Below, piece after piece: positions 19,601 to 26,993 of a stretch of DNA of 27,430 bases. The DNA is from a virus. Taxonomy: Duplodnaviria > Caudoviricetes. Position 1 is the stretch's first letter. Each line of letters starts with the position of its first letter. Location: positions 1 to 27,430 of IMG/VR virus record IMGVR_UViG_3300020381_000894. One strand, given 5' to 3'. The notes under the pieces were generated by a model. It was not told the origin of the DNA. It did not search any database and saw only the letters and a program-made list of their open reading frames with translations. A program made the position numbers and the translations under genes.

Positions 19601-19604
19601 TTAA
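13632..19604 (+). CDS. Giant virion structural protein (baseplate/fibre-like, 1990 aa, Gly/Ser/Thr-rich repeats)
   Basis: KCRRDTGY...DLQYGGN motif seen in marine myophage structural proteins, five GxGY..GD.I.I.G..LGG....ND repeats and three HG...G..I.I beta modules. Confidence 0.7.
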   Translation: MAKKKIQNYTFYPGIGLNDAVYPNAKWLLNANKTFIQYEVSAWIAKQVADNATGFEGYIYDDAKCRRDTGYNIDAWLHDLQYGGNQETYRIANTYWEREVAQIDGTRIPEIRAKEFTRDLITNHVFANSAQTTPYQSTYAQTVNATYTSEPQAGTRIQTLSAIVIAVITNGLSSLPTFERKGLGHIRFAGNYDASDLLIITNSTKSEVIYNFTDATKGGKVTRIDDVTPRDSGGYVVKYDSVNANENSDTDFPKYLQTTDAITIVDLVFNTSTQATTDEIQIFVNSEEQTTRPYRFGTDAIERMRIAPPLSMLDADFEYGLQPTKWSAIGMMRGYPSVYELPGTDTQVATVTTDASSGSAGIGASLITVTTIGGHGFIAGTPITIKALEDAVVGAARAEGSFIINTVPTATTFTFYAKSKVGTTNGQVLSTTYTQLRQGAFYTGASLGQPQFDVFSNGTNGTMNLSLAAQQSENRIATTGDVPEIGAPINYPSAFAVGTQVSAVANTPGGTPLSMNLTGDITSGNTQFTVSSTSGIVQGLAADNGSGDAIFVNNIVGSTVSMSGQFTSTINKNTETYTGVSGTITAPAGLNGQFNISRSGVNYSVDGINQAGSGYKQGDTIKILGTNLGGLTPANDAVLLVTAVNGSGGITSASISGTALSGSITWQNVTSTYNNSAGTWGGTQVDIGWENNAYNAITFNSPNATSGYAVNDIVKLSGSNVSPGSSSDGSQSFGSGNDVLAYVAAVGGGGTITTLTIVNDSARVGTPPALTLSYSFGPSALTFSGGSGTDFAFNINRSIGASASYSIQISANGTGYNTADTLVITGNKLGGATTANDLYLRIVSVDGAGGITDVRLEGSDESTLAVAYNGSSVQGKTMTNVAGAGAIFDVINNGTAYSVSIDTAGEDYYQGQTFTIAGTQLGGASPTNDATVTIDSVNTTGIDDQGIIATASISGSAPTLPTSFTGVPGTNEAHAGASGTFNVTRTQGTYSVAINANGSGYKVGNIITIVGTNLGGSTTANDATVTVTGVDGSGGLSSASITGTGVAGGTLNLVNGITLTDFTTQAINQGTNIPFEALATVEVSWPYAHGIVPGDTFIVDINSDDGGTNNHQLAGGSFMAITVPTTKKIRYNTRAPGNIKEFVTGTSVEDKVQGNVYMRPDSFFIHRPYDGGVQLGTGGPQHGAQAIRQSKKYIRYQSGKGIMYTTGALFAPSYDVRSITATGTEIGATLTIVSDDNDHGAQVGGRIRIIGVESAGFNGEYVVNQIVDERTLKVLSTRRLGATTAVLGFAAQMTVVGWHGATVRSGIFDDQNGIYWEYDGSNVSVAQRTSTKQIAGTVGASPDSNLITGNNTRFRDQLKAGDRIVIKGMTHVVSNVDSQTQITITPDYRGVNQIYAAKVNLIADKKVLQEEWNLDRLDGTGPSGYNMDVRYMQMIGIQYSWYGAGFIDWMVRGADGNFVFCHRMRNSNVNTEAFMRSGNLPVRYEVTNEGAFDRLASDITDTQTTLTLVESKFFPSSGTVFIDNELISYTAKDDTTRTLSGLTRGTSLTNFQAGATRQYSASPASGHAARTGVILVSNTITPLISHWGSAFITDGMFDEDRGYIFSYTEAGLSVSTTRQTAFLLRLAPSVSNAIVGDLGDRELLNRAQLLMQGLEITSDGVDPTDNTQIVTGGIVIEGILNPQNYPLNPSDIGWQGLSGLAQGGQPSFAQVASGASVNWNSGDTATYTTGAVMAQVTATAQLMPWWSFRTNRSYAYFTANSWEDANLSVGDEVNADGGGNEYFPSGTTIQQVVDQTIYGRYLVYFSQNSNSNSSNAATQTFQKGGDTVNSVSALFLKNVWDATGAKSGTIIGNSGGAPTDQSDISMPAGSYVTNVEGPLLFGNQSGSGIEYYRVTFNNAYTGTVSPGDLFNFTFQQPPYAQPGETVFSFIAQPGERSTLDLNLLKELTNTTLGGRGTFPNGPDVLAINVYKTTGATTKANIITKWGEAQA
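15409..16760 (+). repeat. Five degenerate ~60-aa repeats inside the giant structural protein
   Basis: GSGYKQGDTIKILGTNLGGLTPAND; SGYAVNDIVKLSG...GND; GTGYNTADTLVITGNKLGGATTAND; GEDYYQGQTFTIAGTQLGGASPTND; GSGYKVGNIITIVGTNLGGSTTAND. Confidence 0.8.
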
Positions 19605-19980
19605 TTTCCTGATCAGCTTGGCTATCTCCAGGAGCAATCCTGTAATTATCTTCAACAGAATCAGCAGTACTAACTTCAGTTACACTACTTCCTGCCTCCA
19701 TACAAACTAATTGATGTGGTTGTAAAGGAGGATTATGCCAAGTCATACCTTGCGTTAATTCTTGTTCATAAATCTTAGATGTTTTTGTATCAATCCATCT
19801 AAGTAAAAATTTTCCGTTGTTTACAAACCAAGTTTCATCTTTTTCTTTATGGAAATGCAAACTAAATTTAGATCCTACTTTTTCAAATACCATGATTTTG
19901 CCACAGTATTTTTCGTTGGTAGCCCAGATTAATTCATAGCCCCAACCTTTTTCTACTTTACCTTCAAGTCTTTCGGTCAT
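19576..19980 (-). CDS. Cupin-fold putative sugar(-phosphate) isomerase (mannose-6-phosphate / lyxose isomerase-like)
   Basis: KGWGYELIW, SLHFHKEKDETW, PHQL and EVST...DNYR cupin motifs. Start set at ATG 19980 (AAGGA RBS). Confidence 0.7.
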   Translation of the reverse strand: MTERLEGKVEKGWGYELIWATNEKYCGKIMVFEKVGSKFSLHFHKEKDETWFVNNGKFLLRWIDTKTSKIYEQELTQGMTWHNPPLQPHQLVCMEAGSSVTEVSTADSVEDNYRIAPGDSQADQEIKPEPRPTS

Positions 19981-20806
19981 TAACAATATCCTTGTAGTAT
20001 TCTTTTAGTGTAATCCAATGTCTAATTGGTATAGTATTATGTAGCTTGGAATTATCCGCACAAGTATAGTCCTGATATTGGTTTTTTAGATGATCAGGCA
20101 TGTCAATATATTCTATTTTCGCTCCGGTTTCCTTTGCAACAACCTTTGCGACACTTTCTATGTCTACTGCCTTACCAGTACCTAGGTTATATACACCACT
20201 TACGTCTTGATGCATCATCTCTTCCTGTATGCGTACAAGATCATATACACAAACTATGTCTCTTTTATATTTGTCACTGTTCTTAAATAGTTTAATTTTA
20301 CCCTCTGTTGCCGCTTGTACCTGGAATTTGCTTACCATACTCATCTGATCTTTTTTGTGTCCTTCTCCAGGACCATATACATTAAAATATCTATAGCTTT
20401 GGACCAACATATTAAATTTATCTATTCCGGCGTCGAGTAAAAACTTATCAATTAAAAACTTGCTCCAAGCATAAGGTGTTTGAGGATAGCAAGGATCTTC
20501 TTCGTTGAAATCTTTATTAGGACCATAAACAGCGGCACTACTCGCTAATTGGATATTTGTTTGATAATTATCACAAATTTGTAGAAGACGCATAGTAAAT
20601 TCGTAGTTGTGTCTCCAAACCTTGTTGATATCTCTCTCAGTTGTATCTGAAATAGCACCACAATGTACTACCCAATCGTACTGTTCAACAGCAGGTACCA
20701 CACTTTCTACCCAGTCAAATCCTTCTACATCATGACCTTTTTGTAGCAAATATTGAGACATATGGCTTCCAATAAAGCCTTTGTGTCCAGTGACTAAAAT
20801 CTTCAT
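19964..20806 (-). CDS. hldD: ADP-L-glycero-D-manno-heptose 6-epimerase
   Basis: VTGHKGFIGS, HCGAISDTTE, ASSAAVYG, YAWSK and RYFNVYGPGEGHK; adjacent to hldE. Confidence 0.85.
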   Translation of the reverse strand: MKILVTGHKGFIGSHMSQYLLQKGHDVEGFDWVESVVPAVEQYDWVVHCGAISDTTERDINKVWRHNYEFTMRLLQICDNYQTNIQLASSAAVYGPNKDFNEEDPCYPQTPYAWSKFLIDKFLLDAGIDKFNMLVQSYRYFNVYGPGEGHKKDQMSMVSKFQVQAATEGKIKLFKNSDKYKRDIVCVYDLVRIQEEMMHQDVSGVYNLGTGKAVDIESVAKVVAKETGAKIEYIDMPDHLKNQYQDYTCADNSKLHNTIPIRHWITLKEYYKDIVNDRKT

Positions 20807-22059
20807 TGTGTAATTTTACCTATCGTATTTGTTGTACTTACACCCTCAATGGTCGGAAATATTACAACTTCTGCAAGTTCATGACCAACTACTGTTTGTA
20901 CTGTGTAATCGCCACCTTTGACTATTACATCAGGTTTGTATGACATAATACTATTTAATGGTGTGTCTTCATCAAACACTACAACCTGATCCACCCACGG
21001 TAATGATTCAAGTTGCGATTTACGTTCGTTAACGTCATTAATGGGTCTAGTTTCACCTTTTAAGCGTTTGACACTGGCATCGTTATTAATACCTACAATA
21101 AGTTTATCGCCTTGTTTATGTGCAAATTTTAGTAGTTCGAGATGTCCTTTGTGTAGCACATCAAATACTCCGTTTGTCCATACAGTAGTTTTTTTACGTA
21201 AATCTTTTTTGGTAATAATACTAGTGCCTCTACGTTCAACTCCCCTAGCCGCGGCATAACAAGCCACTTCACATGCTTCGAAAACATCTTTACCTTGATG
21301 TAAAAGATGGGCAATAACAGCCAAAACTATATCACCTGCTCCTGTAACATCGACTATTTGATTTGCTGGTTCTTTGAAATGTTGATATCTACTGTCTTCG
21401 CAGAGAACATGCATTCCGTTTGCACCATCGGTCACAACTAACCATTGCCAGTTGTGTTTTCTCATTATATTTGTTGCATCTATTTCGTCAAATTCACCAA
21501 ACCACTCTTGATATTCTGACATGTTAGGCTTTACTAAAAAAGCTCCATCATAAAAATAATCTTCTTGTTTAGGGTCTACTAAAACTTTACATTTTCTAAA
21601 TATTTGATTAATTGTGTTAGCTTTAACTGTACCTTTTGCGTAATCGCTTACACAAACTATATCGTCTTGTTGTATATCTTGTAATAAAGAATCAAATGGA
21701 GTCTCATTTTCATATGGTGTTTCTCTATCCCATCTTAGGACCTGTTGTCCTCCTTGTCCTACAAATCTAGTTTTTGTTGTAGTTGTAGTTGCATCATTGA
21801 ACACTTTATTTGTTACATTAGTCTCGTCTAAGATATCTTGCACTATCATACCTTCGTTATCTAAAGCTACACTTCCGTACAAAATAACCTCTTCTTTTTT
21901 ATTAATATTTCCTATATTATTTGCAAGGTTTCCTGCTCCTCCTATACTGTCTGTGAATGTTTCTTCTTTAAGGACAATGACTGGTGCTTCAGGACTTATC
22001 CTTTTGCAATCTCCTTCTATCCATCTATCTAGCATGATATCGCCGTATATTCTTATCAT
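20803..22059 (-). CDS. hldE: Bifunctional heptose 7-phosphate kinase / heptose 1-phosphate adenylyltransferase
   Basis: Kinase half: GDIMLD, RISPEAPV, GGAGN, SDYAKG, VDPK, KPN and DVTGAGD. Transferase half: NGVFDVLHKGH, RLKGETRP, VKGGDY and GVSTT. Confidence 0.93.
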   Translation of the reverse strand: MIRIYGDIMLDRWIEGDCKRISPEAPVIVLKEETFTDSIGGAGNLANNIGNINKKEEVILYGSVALDNEGMIVQDILDETNVTNKVFNDATTTTTKTRFVGQGGQQVLRWDRETPYENETPFDSLLQDIQQDDIVCVSDYAKGTVKANTINQIFRKCKVLVDPKQEDYFYDGAFLVKPNMSEYQEWFGEFDEIDATNIMRKHNWQWLVVTDGANGMHVLCEDSRYQHFKEPANQIVDVTGAGDIVLAVIAHLLHQGKDVFEACEVACYAAARGVERRGTSIITKKDLRKKTTVWTNGVFDVLHKGHLELLKFAHKQGDKLIVGINNDASVKRLKGETRPINDVNERKSQLESLPWVDQVVVFDEDTPLNSIMSYKPDVIVKGGDYTVQTVVGHELAEVVIFPTIEGVSTTNTIGKITQ

Positions 22060-23537
22060 TGCATATCTCTTATGTAATTTGTATTGTCTGGTAAATGCAT
22101 AGTTTTAAAATCATGTTGTCCTACATGGTATACGTATGCAGTATCTGAAATATCTACATCATTATTAAAGTGTAGTTCTCTTCTACAAATTTTATCTGTA
22201 AGTTTTCCAGTGCCAGCTAATACATAACTCCACAAAGGCCACCCCGCACAACCTTCATGTCTAGGAAACATTGTATGATTAGGAACTCTATTTTTACAAA
22301 CTTCATGCATCGTTCTTACAAAATCAGTCATTGTTTTGCCACTGTCAATGTATTTCCAAAATTCTGTATCATTACGACCACATGTATAATGAGCTACTAA
22401 GAAATCTTTTAGTGTATCGTATAAATGTGCATTTTTATTATTATAATCATCTACTTGTCCTACGTTACAAGTTTCATCTCTATCTTTGCCTAAGCATCCA
22501 AATACGAAATGTTTCAATTGAAAAATTGTAGTGTGTATACTAGTTGCTTCTAAAGGCTCTGCAAAAGCGGCACATAAGCCTACAGATAATACATTTTTGA
22601 TCCATAGCCTTTCTTGTCTGCCACTATCAAATTTCAATAATCTTATTGGTTCTATTTTTTTACCTATATTTTGTTCTAATTCTTCTTGTGCTTTTTCAGG
22701 AGTAACAAAATCATCACAGAAGACATAGCCACATCCTCTTCTATTTAATGTTGGTATTTGCCAACACCATCCATTTTTTTGTGCCCATGCATTTGTAACA
22801 GGTTCAATTTTTTCATCTTCTTCATAAGGTAATAAGAAAGGAAGTGCAGAATTTACAGGTAAATTTTCTTTGTAACTCTTCCATTTACTGCCTACGGCCT
22901 TCATTAAAACTTGATTAAATCCACTTGCATCAATGAACATATCTCCTTTTATTGTTGAACCGTTGCTTAATTTTAATTCAGTGACCCAGCCATTTTCAGG
23001 ATCCTTTACCACATCATCAACTTCACTGTCAATATGTTTTACAGTATTACAAACCTTTTTAAAATATTGTCCAACCTTGTGAGCATCAAAATGATACGCA
23101 TGATTTCCTTTGTCTTCTACAAAACTATTTCTATTGTGATGAATTTTGTATCCTAGTTCTGTTGAAACATGAAGCATGTCTTGTTCACGATAACCTAAAG
23201 CATTTTGAAACACTACATCTACAACATCTCCACTGGTCGGAGAACCATCTATTGGACCGTAGTAATGTGACTTTGTATCCTTGTTCCAACCTATGTGTTT
23301 GATACCTAATTTAATAGTAGCATCACATTCACGAATAAAATCCTTTTCTACACAACCAAGGTTCCACATTTCGTTTTGCACTATGTTTGTAAGAGATCCA
23401 GTACTTCCTTCTCCTGCACCAATAATGCCAATCTTAGAACTTTCAATTACTGTTACATCGTGTTCTGGTCTAATTTTTGATATCATCAACGCGGCCAACC
23501 AGCCAGCTGTGCCGCCACCTACAACAACTACTTTCAT
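22056..23537 (-). CDS. Flavin-dependent (tryptophan halogenase-like) enzyme, copy 2
   Basis: VVGGGTAGW, IGAGEGS, ATIKLGI, AYHFDA, FIDASGF, GWCWQIP and FAEPLEATSI. Confidence 0.9.
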   Translation of the reverse strand: MKVVVVGGGTAGWLAALMISKIRPEHDVTVIESSKIGIIGAGEGSTGSLTNIVQNEMWNLGCVEKDFIRECDATIKLGIKHIGWNKDTKSHYYGPIDGSPTSGDVVDVVFQNALGYREQDMLHVSTELGYKIHHNRNSFVEDKGNHAYHFDAHKVGQYFKKVCNTVKHIDSEVDDVVKDPENGWVTELKLSNGSTIKGDMFIDASGFNQVLMKAVGSKWKSYKENLPVNSALPFLLPYEEDEKIEPVTNAWAQKNGWCWQIPTLNRRGCGYVFCDDFVTPEKAQEELEQNIGKKIEPIRLLKFDSGRQERLWIKNVLSVGLCAAFAEPLEATSIHTTIFQLKHFVFGCLGKDRDETCNVGQVDDYNNKNAHLYDTLKDFLVAHYTCGRNDTEFWKYIDSGKTMTDFVRTMHEVCKNRVPNHTMFPRHEGCAGWPLWSYVLAGTGKLTDKICRRELHFNNDVDISDTAYVYHVGQHDFKTMHLPDNTNYIRDMQ

Positions 23538-25045
23538 TATAGAAATCCTTCTCGCTGTCCTTGAGATGCCTTATACCAGTCCATTCCCATGTTGGTCGAT
23601 TCAATTGCATTAATATGACTAAGACTAGTTCTCTTTCTGACTTCTTCAGCCCGTAAAAATTCTGTCATTGCAAAATCTAATTGCATTGGATTAACTCTAT
23701 TCATATCTTTACTTACAGGATAACCCATTTGTATTAACCATAGTTGCCAATTTTGCGGATGAAATAAAGTATTACTAGAAACATCACTGTAAAAAGATCT
23801 TTGGGGATCACGTAACCATTCTTCATACCATAAATGTTTTTCTGATTTTACATGCATTTCTTTGACATAATTCCAAAATTTTGTATCCCATTCTGTGTCT
23901 GCATAATGACTTCCTACAAAATCTACAGCATCTGAGTACCAATTCATCATTGACATATTATAACTTGCTATAGCTTCTTCATTATAAACATATTGTGGTA
24001 TTTGTTTTGCAAGTTCTTGTACACCATATGTCATACTTGCTAATCCTGTGCTTTCTAAAGGTTCAATAAATCCTCCGCTTAGGCCTATTGAAACAACATT
24101 TTTCTCCCAAAAGTTTTCGCTATAATAAGGTGTCCAGTCAATTAACTTTAGATCTTCTGGTTTGATCCTACCATTCCAATGATCACTAAAATATTGCATT
24201 GCAGTATCAGGATCTGTTATGTCTCTATTGAAAACTAATCCGGATCCTATTCTTGATTGTACTGGAATTTTCCATATCCAACCATGGTCAACAGCAGGGC
24301 ATTTTACGTAAGGTGTACACTCTTTTTCAAAGTCTTCATATGGTACGTGTCCTGCTACAGCAGAGTTAGTAAACAGTCTACCTGTATTAAGTAATTCCTT
24401 CTTTTTTTGGCCTTTTAAAAGCGATATAAAGCCCGTACAGTCGAGGTAAAAGTCAGATACATGTGTTGCACCATTCTTAAGATCTAGGCTGGTTATAAAG
24501 CCTTTTTCGTCTTTATTTACATTTACAACATCACTCTTAATTGTCTTTACAGTACTTCTACAAATGTTTTGTAATTCAGTAACCAGCTTACCTGCATCTA
24601 TGTGATATGCAAGTGTTTCAAAACTGTTCATCATATCTACTCGATTATCCATCACAGTTTCATAGCAAGGTAATGCATGTTTGCAGTAATCTAGTTCTTG
24701 TTTTTGTGCCCAAATATCATATTGAGTACATTTCATATCAAAATAAGATCTGTTCAGATAGAAAGGATGCCATACTCTACCTTTAGGATTTTTCCAATGT
24801 GGAAAGTCAATACCTGCTTTGTATGTTGCATCTACATTTTGAAACCATTGTGGTAAATCTATACCACATTGTCTCAAGTAATGTGGAAAAGTCAGTACAG
24901 TTGCTTCTCCTACTCCTATAGGATTACCTATTTCTTTATCTATAACTGTGACCGGCAAGTCCCAAAAATTATTTTGTATATATACAGCGGCCAACCATGC
25001 CGCTGAACCACCACCTACTATGGTTATATCTTTAATTCGTTTCAT
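23537..25045 (-). CDS. Flavin-dependent (tryptophan halogenase-like) enzyme, copy 3
   Basis: IVGGGSAAW, IGVGEAT, ATYKAGI, AYHIDA, YLDCTGF, GWIWKIP and FIEPLESTGL. Confidence 0.9.
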   Translation of the reverse strand: MKRIKDITIVGGGSAAWLAAVYIQNNFWDLPVTVIDKEIGNPIGVGEATVLTFPHYLRQCGIDLPQWFQNVDATYKAGIDFPHWKNPKGRVWHPFYLNRSYFDMKCTQYDIWAQKQELDYCKHALPCYETVMDNRVDMMNSFETLAYHIDAGKLVTELQNICRSTVKTIKSDVVNVNKDEKGFITSLDLKNGATHVSDFYLDCTGFISLLKGQKKKELLNTGRLFTNSAVAGHVPYEDFEKECTPYVKCPAVDHGWIWKIPVQSRIGSGLVFNRDITDPDTAMQYFSDHWNGRIKPEDLKLIDWTPYYSENFWEKNVVSIGLSGGFIEPLESTGLASMTYGVQELAKQIPQYVYNEEAIASYNMSMMNWYSDAVDFVGSHYADTEWDTKFWNYVKEMHVKSEKHLWYEEWLRDPQRSFYSDVSSNTLFHPQNWQLWLIQMGYPVSKDMNRVNPMQLDFAMTEFLRAEEVRKRTSLSHINAIESTNMGMDWYKASQGQREGFL

Positions 25046-25481
25046 TTTCTAGATATCCTATTAAATCAAAAACTGTTTGTAGTTTTGTTTGATTAGTTTT
25101 GTTTTGTAATGTGTTTCTTAATCCCATGTGCAAAGGCTTGGGCCATTTACCAAAACTTACCCAAGCATAGCCGTCATGTTCTTCATTTAGATCAGGTAAA
25201 AATTCATCCTTAACTACACAAAGATAAGTGTGAAAATGAAACTTAGAATCTGTGCTTACAAAAGTTTCAAGCGGAATTGTTTTAACTATTTCGGGTAGCT
25301 TACCAATTTCTTCTTTTATTTCACGCTGTAATGCTGGCCAGGGAGATTCGTTTTTTCCGTTAGTTCCACCAACTAATCCCCATACATTTTTTTGTTTGCT
25401 TTGTGTCCTATGTAATAATAAGAATCTTTTGCTTTTTAGACAATAGAAGAGGGCACCACTACAAATAATTTCTTCACTCAT
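25032..25481 (-). CDS. Nudix hydrolase
   Basis: Nudix box GTNGKNESPWPALQREIKEEIG (GX5EX7REUXEEXG); LNEEHDGYAW. Confidence 0.88.
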   Translation of the reverse strand: MSEEIICSGALFYCLKSKRFLLLHRTQSKQKNVWGLVGGTNGKNESPWPALQREIKEEIGKLPEIVKTIPLETFVSTDSKFHFHTYLCVVKDEFLPDLNEEHDGYAWVSFGKWPKPLHMGLRNTLQNKTNQTKLQTVFDLIGYLENETN

Positions 25482-25486
25482 GAAAA

Positions 25487-25492
25487 TATTTA
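25487..25492 (-). promoter_or_regulatory. Possible late promoter core (TAAATA) upstream of the Nudix gene
   Basis: Minus-strand AGTAAATA in the 12-bp gap between 25494 and 25481; a weak match in AT-rich DNA. Confidence 0.3.
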
Positions 25493-25493
25493 C

Positions 25494-26993
25494 TTAAAAA
25501 ATGAGTCGCCAAGTGCCTTTTTGATACTCGCCTTCGAATGAAAGTATCCATTCTGAGCCAGTCCATCTATATTGGACACCTGTATTTAGGTTAGTTAAAT
25601 ACTTGGTTGTGGTTCCGGGATCCTCACTAGCATCAAAAACTATATACCATTTAGCACCATCCCATTCAACTACATCATTCTCACCAGCTACAAAATCAGA
25701 TCCGTCTGTGTTTTTCCATGCATCTGGGCCATCATATGGATCTTGACTACTTCCGTCTGAAGGATCTTGACCATAAGTCATTAATCCACCAACGTTTGTA
25801 CTAGTATTAATTGCACCTAATAATAATAATCTTAACCCGGCAGTTTTTGCAGTTGCAGGATTAAATTTTAAAGGATCAACAATATAATCAACAGATCCTG
25901 TGTTGTTACGTCCGCTTGGTGAATTCAAATCAGTGTTTGTAGGAATAGTATCAGCATCATATGTAAGAATTAATTTACTTCTGTCTAATTCATTGATTGC
26001 TACACTGGCATTGACACTAATACTTCCTGTTTCTCCTTCAAGTAATTTTCTTTTTAGTTGTATTTGAGATAACCCAGTCCTAAAATTTCCAGGTAATGCT
26101 TCTGTAATGACGTCCCACTGAATGCTTCCTACAATACCTCTATCAACAATTTGTGCAATGTTATTCATTACAAGTATATCATAGTCTTTGTAAGTTGTTG
26201 CACCTGCGGCTATACCCATTGTTACAGTTCTGTCATTTGCTTTGTCCATTTTAGGATGAGTTTGTTCAGCATCTGAATAAGCCATTAGTTGCGGTGTGCT
26301 ATTACCTAAGTCTATAGTTCCTTTTGATTCATCAAAAATACTCATCACAACACTTGTTATTACACCTAATTTTTTTACTTTGGAAGGTAAATTCAAATAA
26401 ATTGGCGTAGTAAAACTCAGCTGTCCTATGTCTATTTCAGACTCTGTACCAATAGGAATTGTTCTGCTACTAAAACTTACAGAAGTCAATTCAACAACAG
26501 ATAAACTACTCCAATCTACGTAATTGTCTGTTGTTTGAATCTCCAAACTAGGATTAAACAGCATTAATATCTGTTCCATAATTTGTAATTTTTGTTCTGT
26601 GTTAGTGCTCCATATATCAACATTTATATTAAGTGTATATGGACTAGGCATAATTCTTTCTACAGTATAATTTTTTCCTTGTGTATTAAGATATTCTTTA
26701 TTTGAACTATCATATGCACGTTCTCTAAGATGAACTTTGTGTACAAACGAAGAATCAGCAGTCCTTGTTCTATCTTGTTCCAAGCCAGTTATATAAACTG
26801 CCATTCTAGGAGCAGATGGAATTTTATTTTCACTGTTATCTCTCAATATGTGTCCTACTTGTCTAGTGATGTCACCATACATGACAGGAATTTGAGTCAG
26901 TTTTCCTTCTCCATCTTTGTAAGAAAAATTACTAAACAATCTAATTAATTGCGTAATATATCTTCTAATTTGTCCATCGTAAAAATGTTGCAT
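25494..26993 (-). CDS. T4 gp15-like tail completion / sheath-stabiliser protein with C-terminal extension
   Basis: HFYDGQIRRY...FSNF, IPVMYG, PRMAV, PSPYTLNINVDIW...QKLQIMEQILMLFNP and LSFT.PIYL.P pattern of gp15-type proteins. Confidence 0.7.
   Translation of the reverse strand: MQHFYDGQIRRYITQLIRLFSNFSYKDGEGKLTQIPVMYGDITRQVGHILRDNSENKIPSAPRMAVYITGLEQDRTRTADSSFVHKVHLRERAYDSSNKEYLNTQGKNYTVERIMPSPYTLNINVDIWSTNTEQKLQIMEQILMLFNPSLEIQTTDNYVDWSSLSVVELTSVSFSSRTIPIGTESEIDIGQLSFTTPIYLNLPSKVKKLGVITSVVMSIFDESKGTIDLGNSTPQLMAYSDAEQTHPKMDKANDRTVTMGIAAGATTYKDYDILVMNNIAQIVDRGIVGSIQWDVITEALPGNFRTGLSQIQLKRKLLEGETGSISVNASVAINELDRSKLILTYDADTIPTNTDLNSPSGRNNTGSVDYIVDPLKFNPATAKTAGLRLLLLGAINTSTNVGGLMTYGQDPSDGSSQDPYDGPDAWKNTDGSDFVAGENDVVEWDGAKWYIVFDASEDPGTTTKYLTNLNTGVQYRWTGSEWILSFEGEYQKGTWRLIF

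Noticed and set aside
10441-22059. Bacterial chromosomal LPS core operon
   Set aside because: The heptose genes are interleaved with T4-like structural genes, and no lipid A, Kdo or housekeeping genes are present.
324-26948. Short alternative-frame and antisense ORFs in the supplied track (for example 324..671, 416..811, 14204..14788, 19126..19464, 23281..23613)
   Set aside because: They lie wholly or almost wholly over longer genes with clear motifs and show no recognisable motifs of their own; treated as shadow ORFs.
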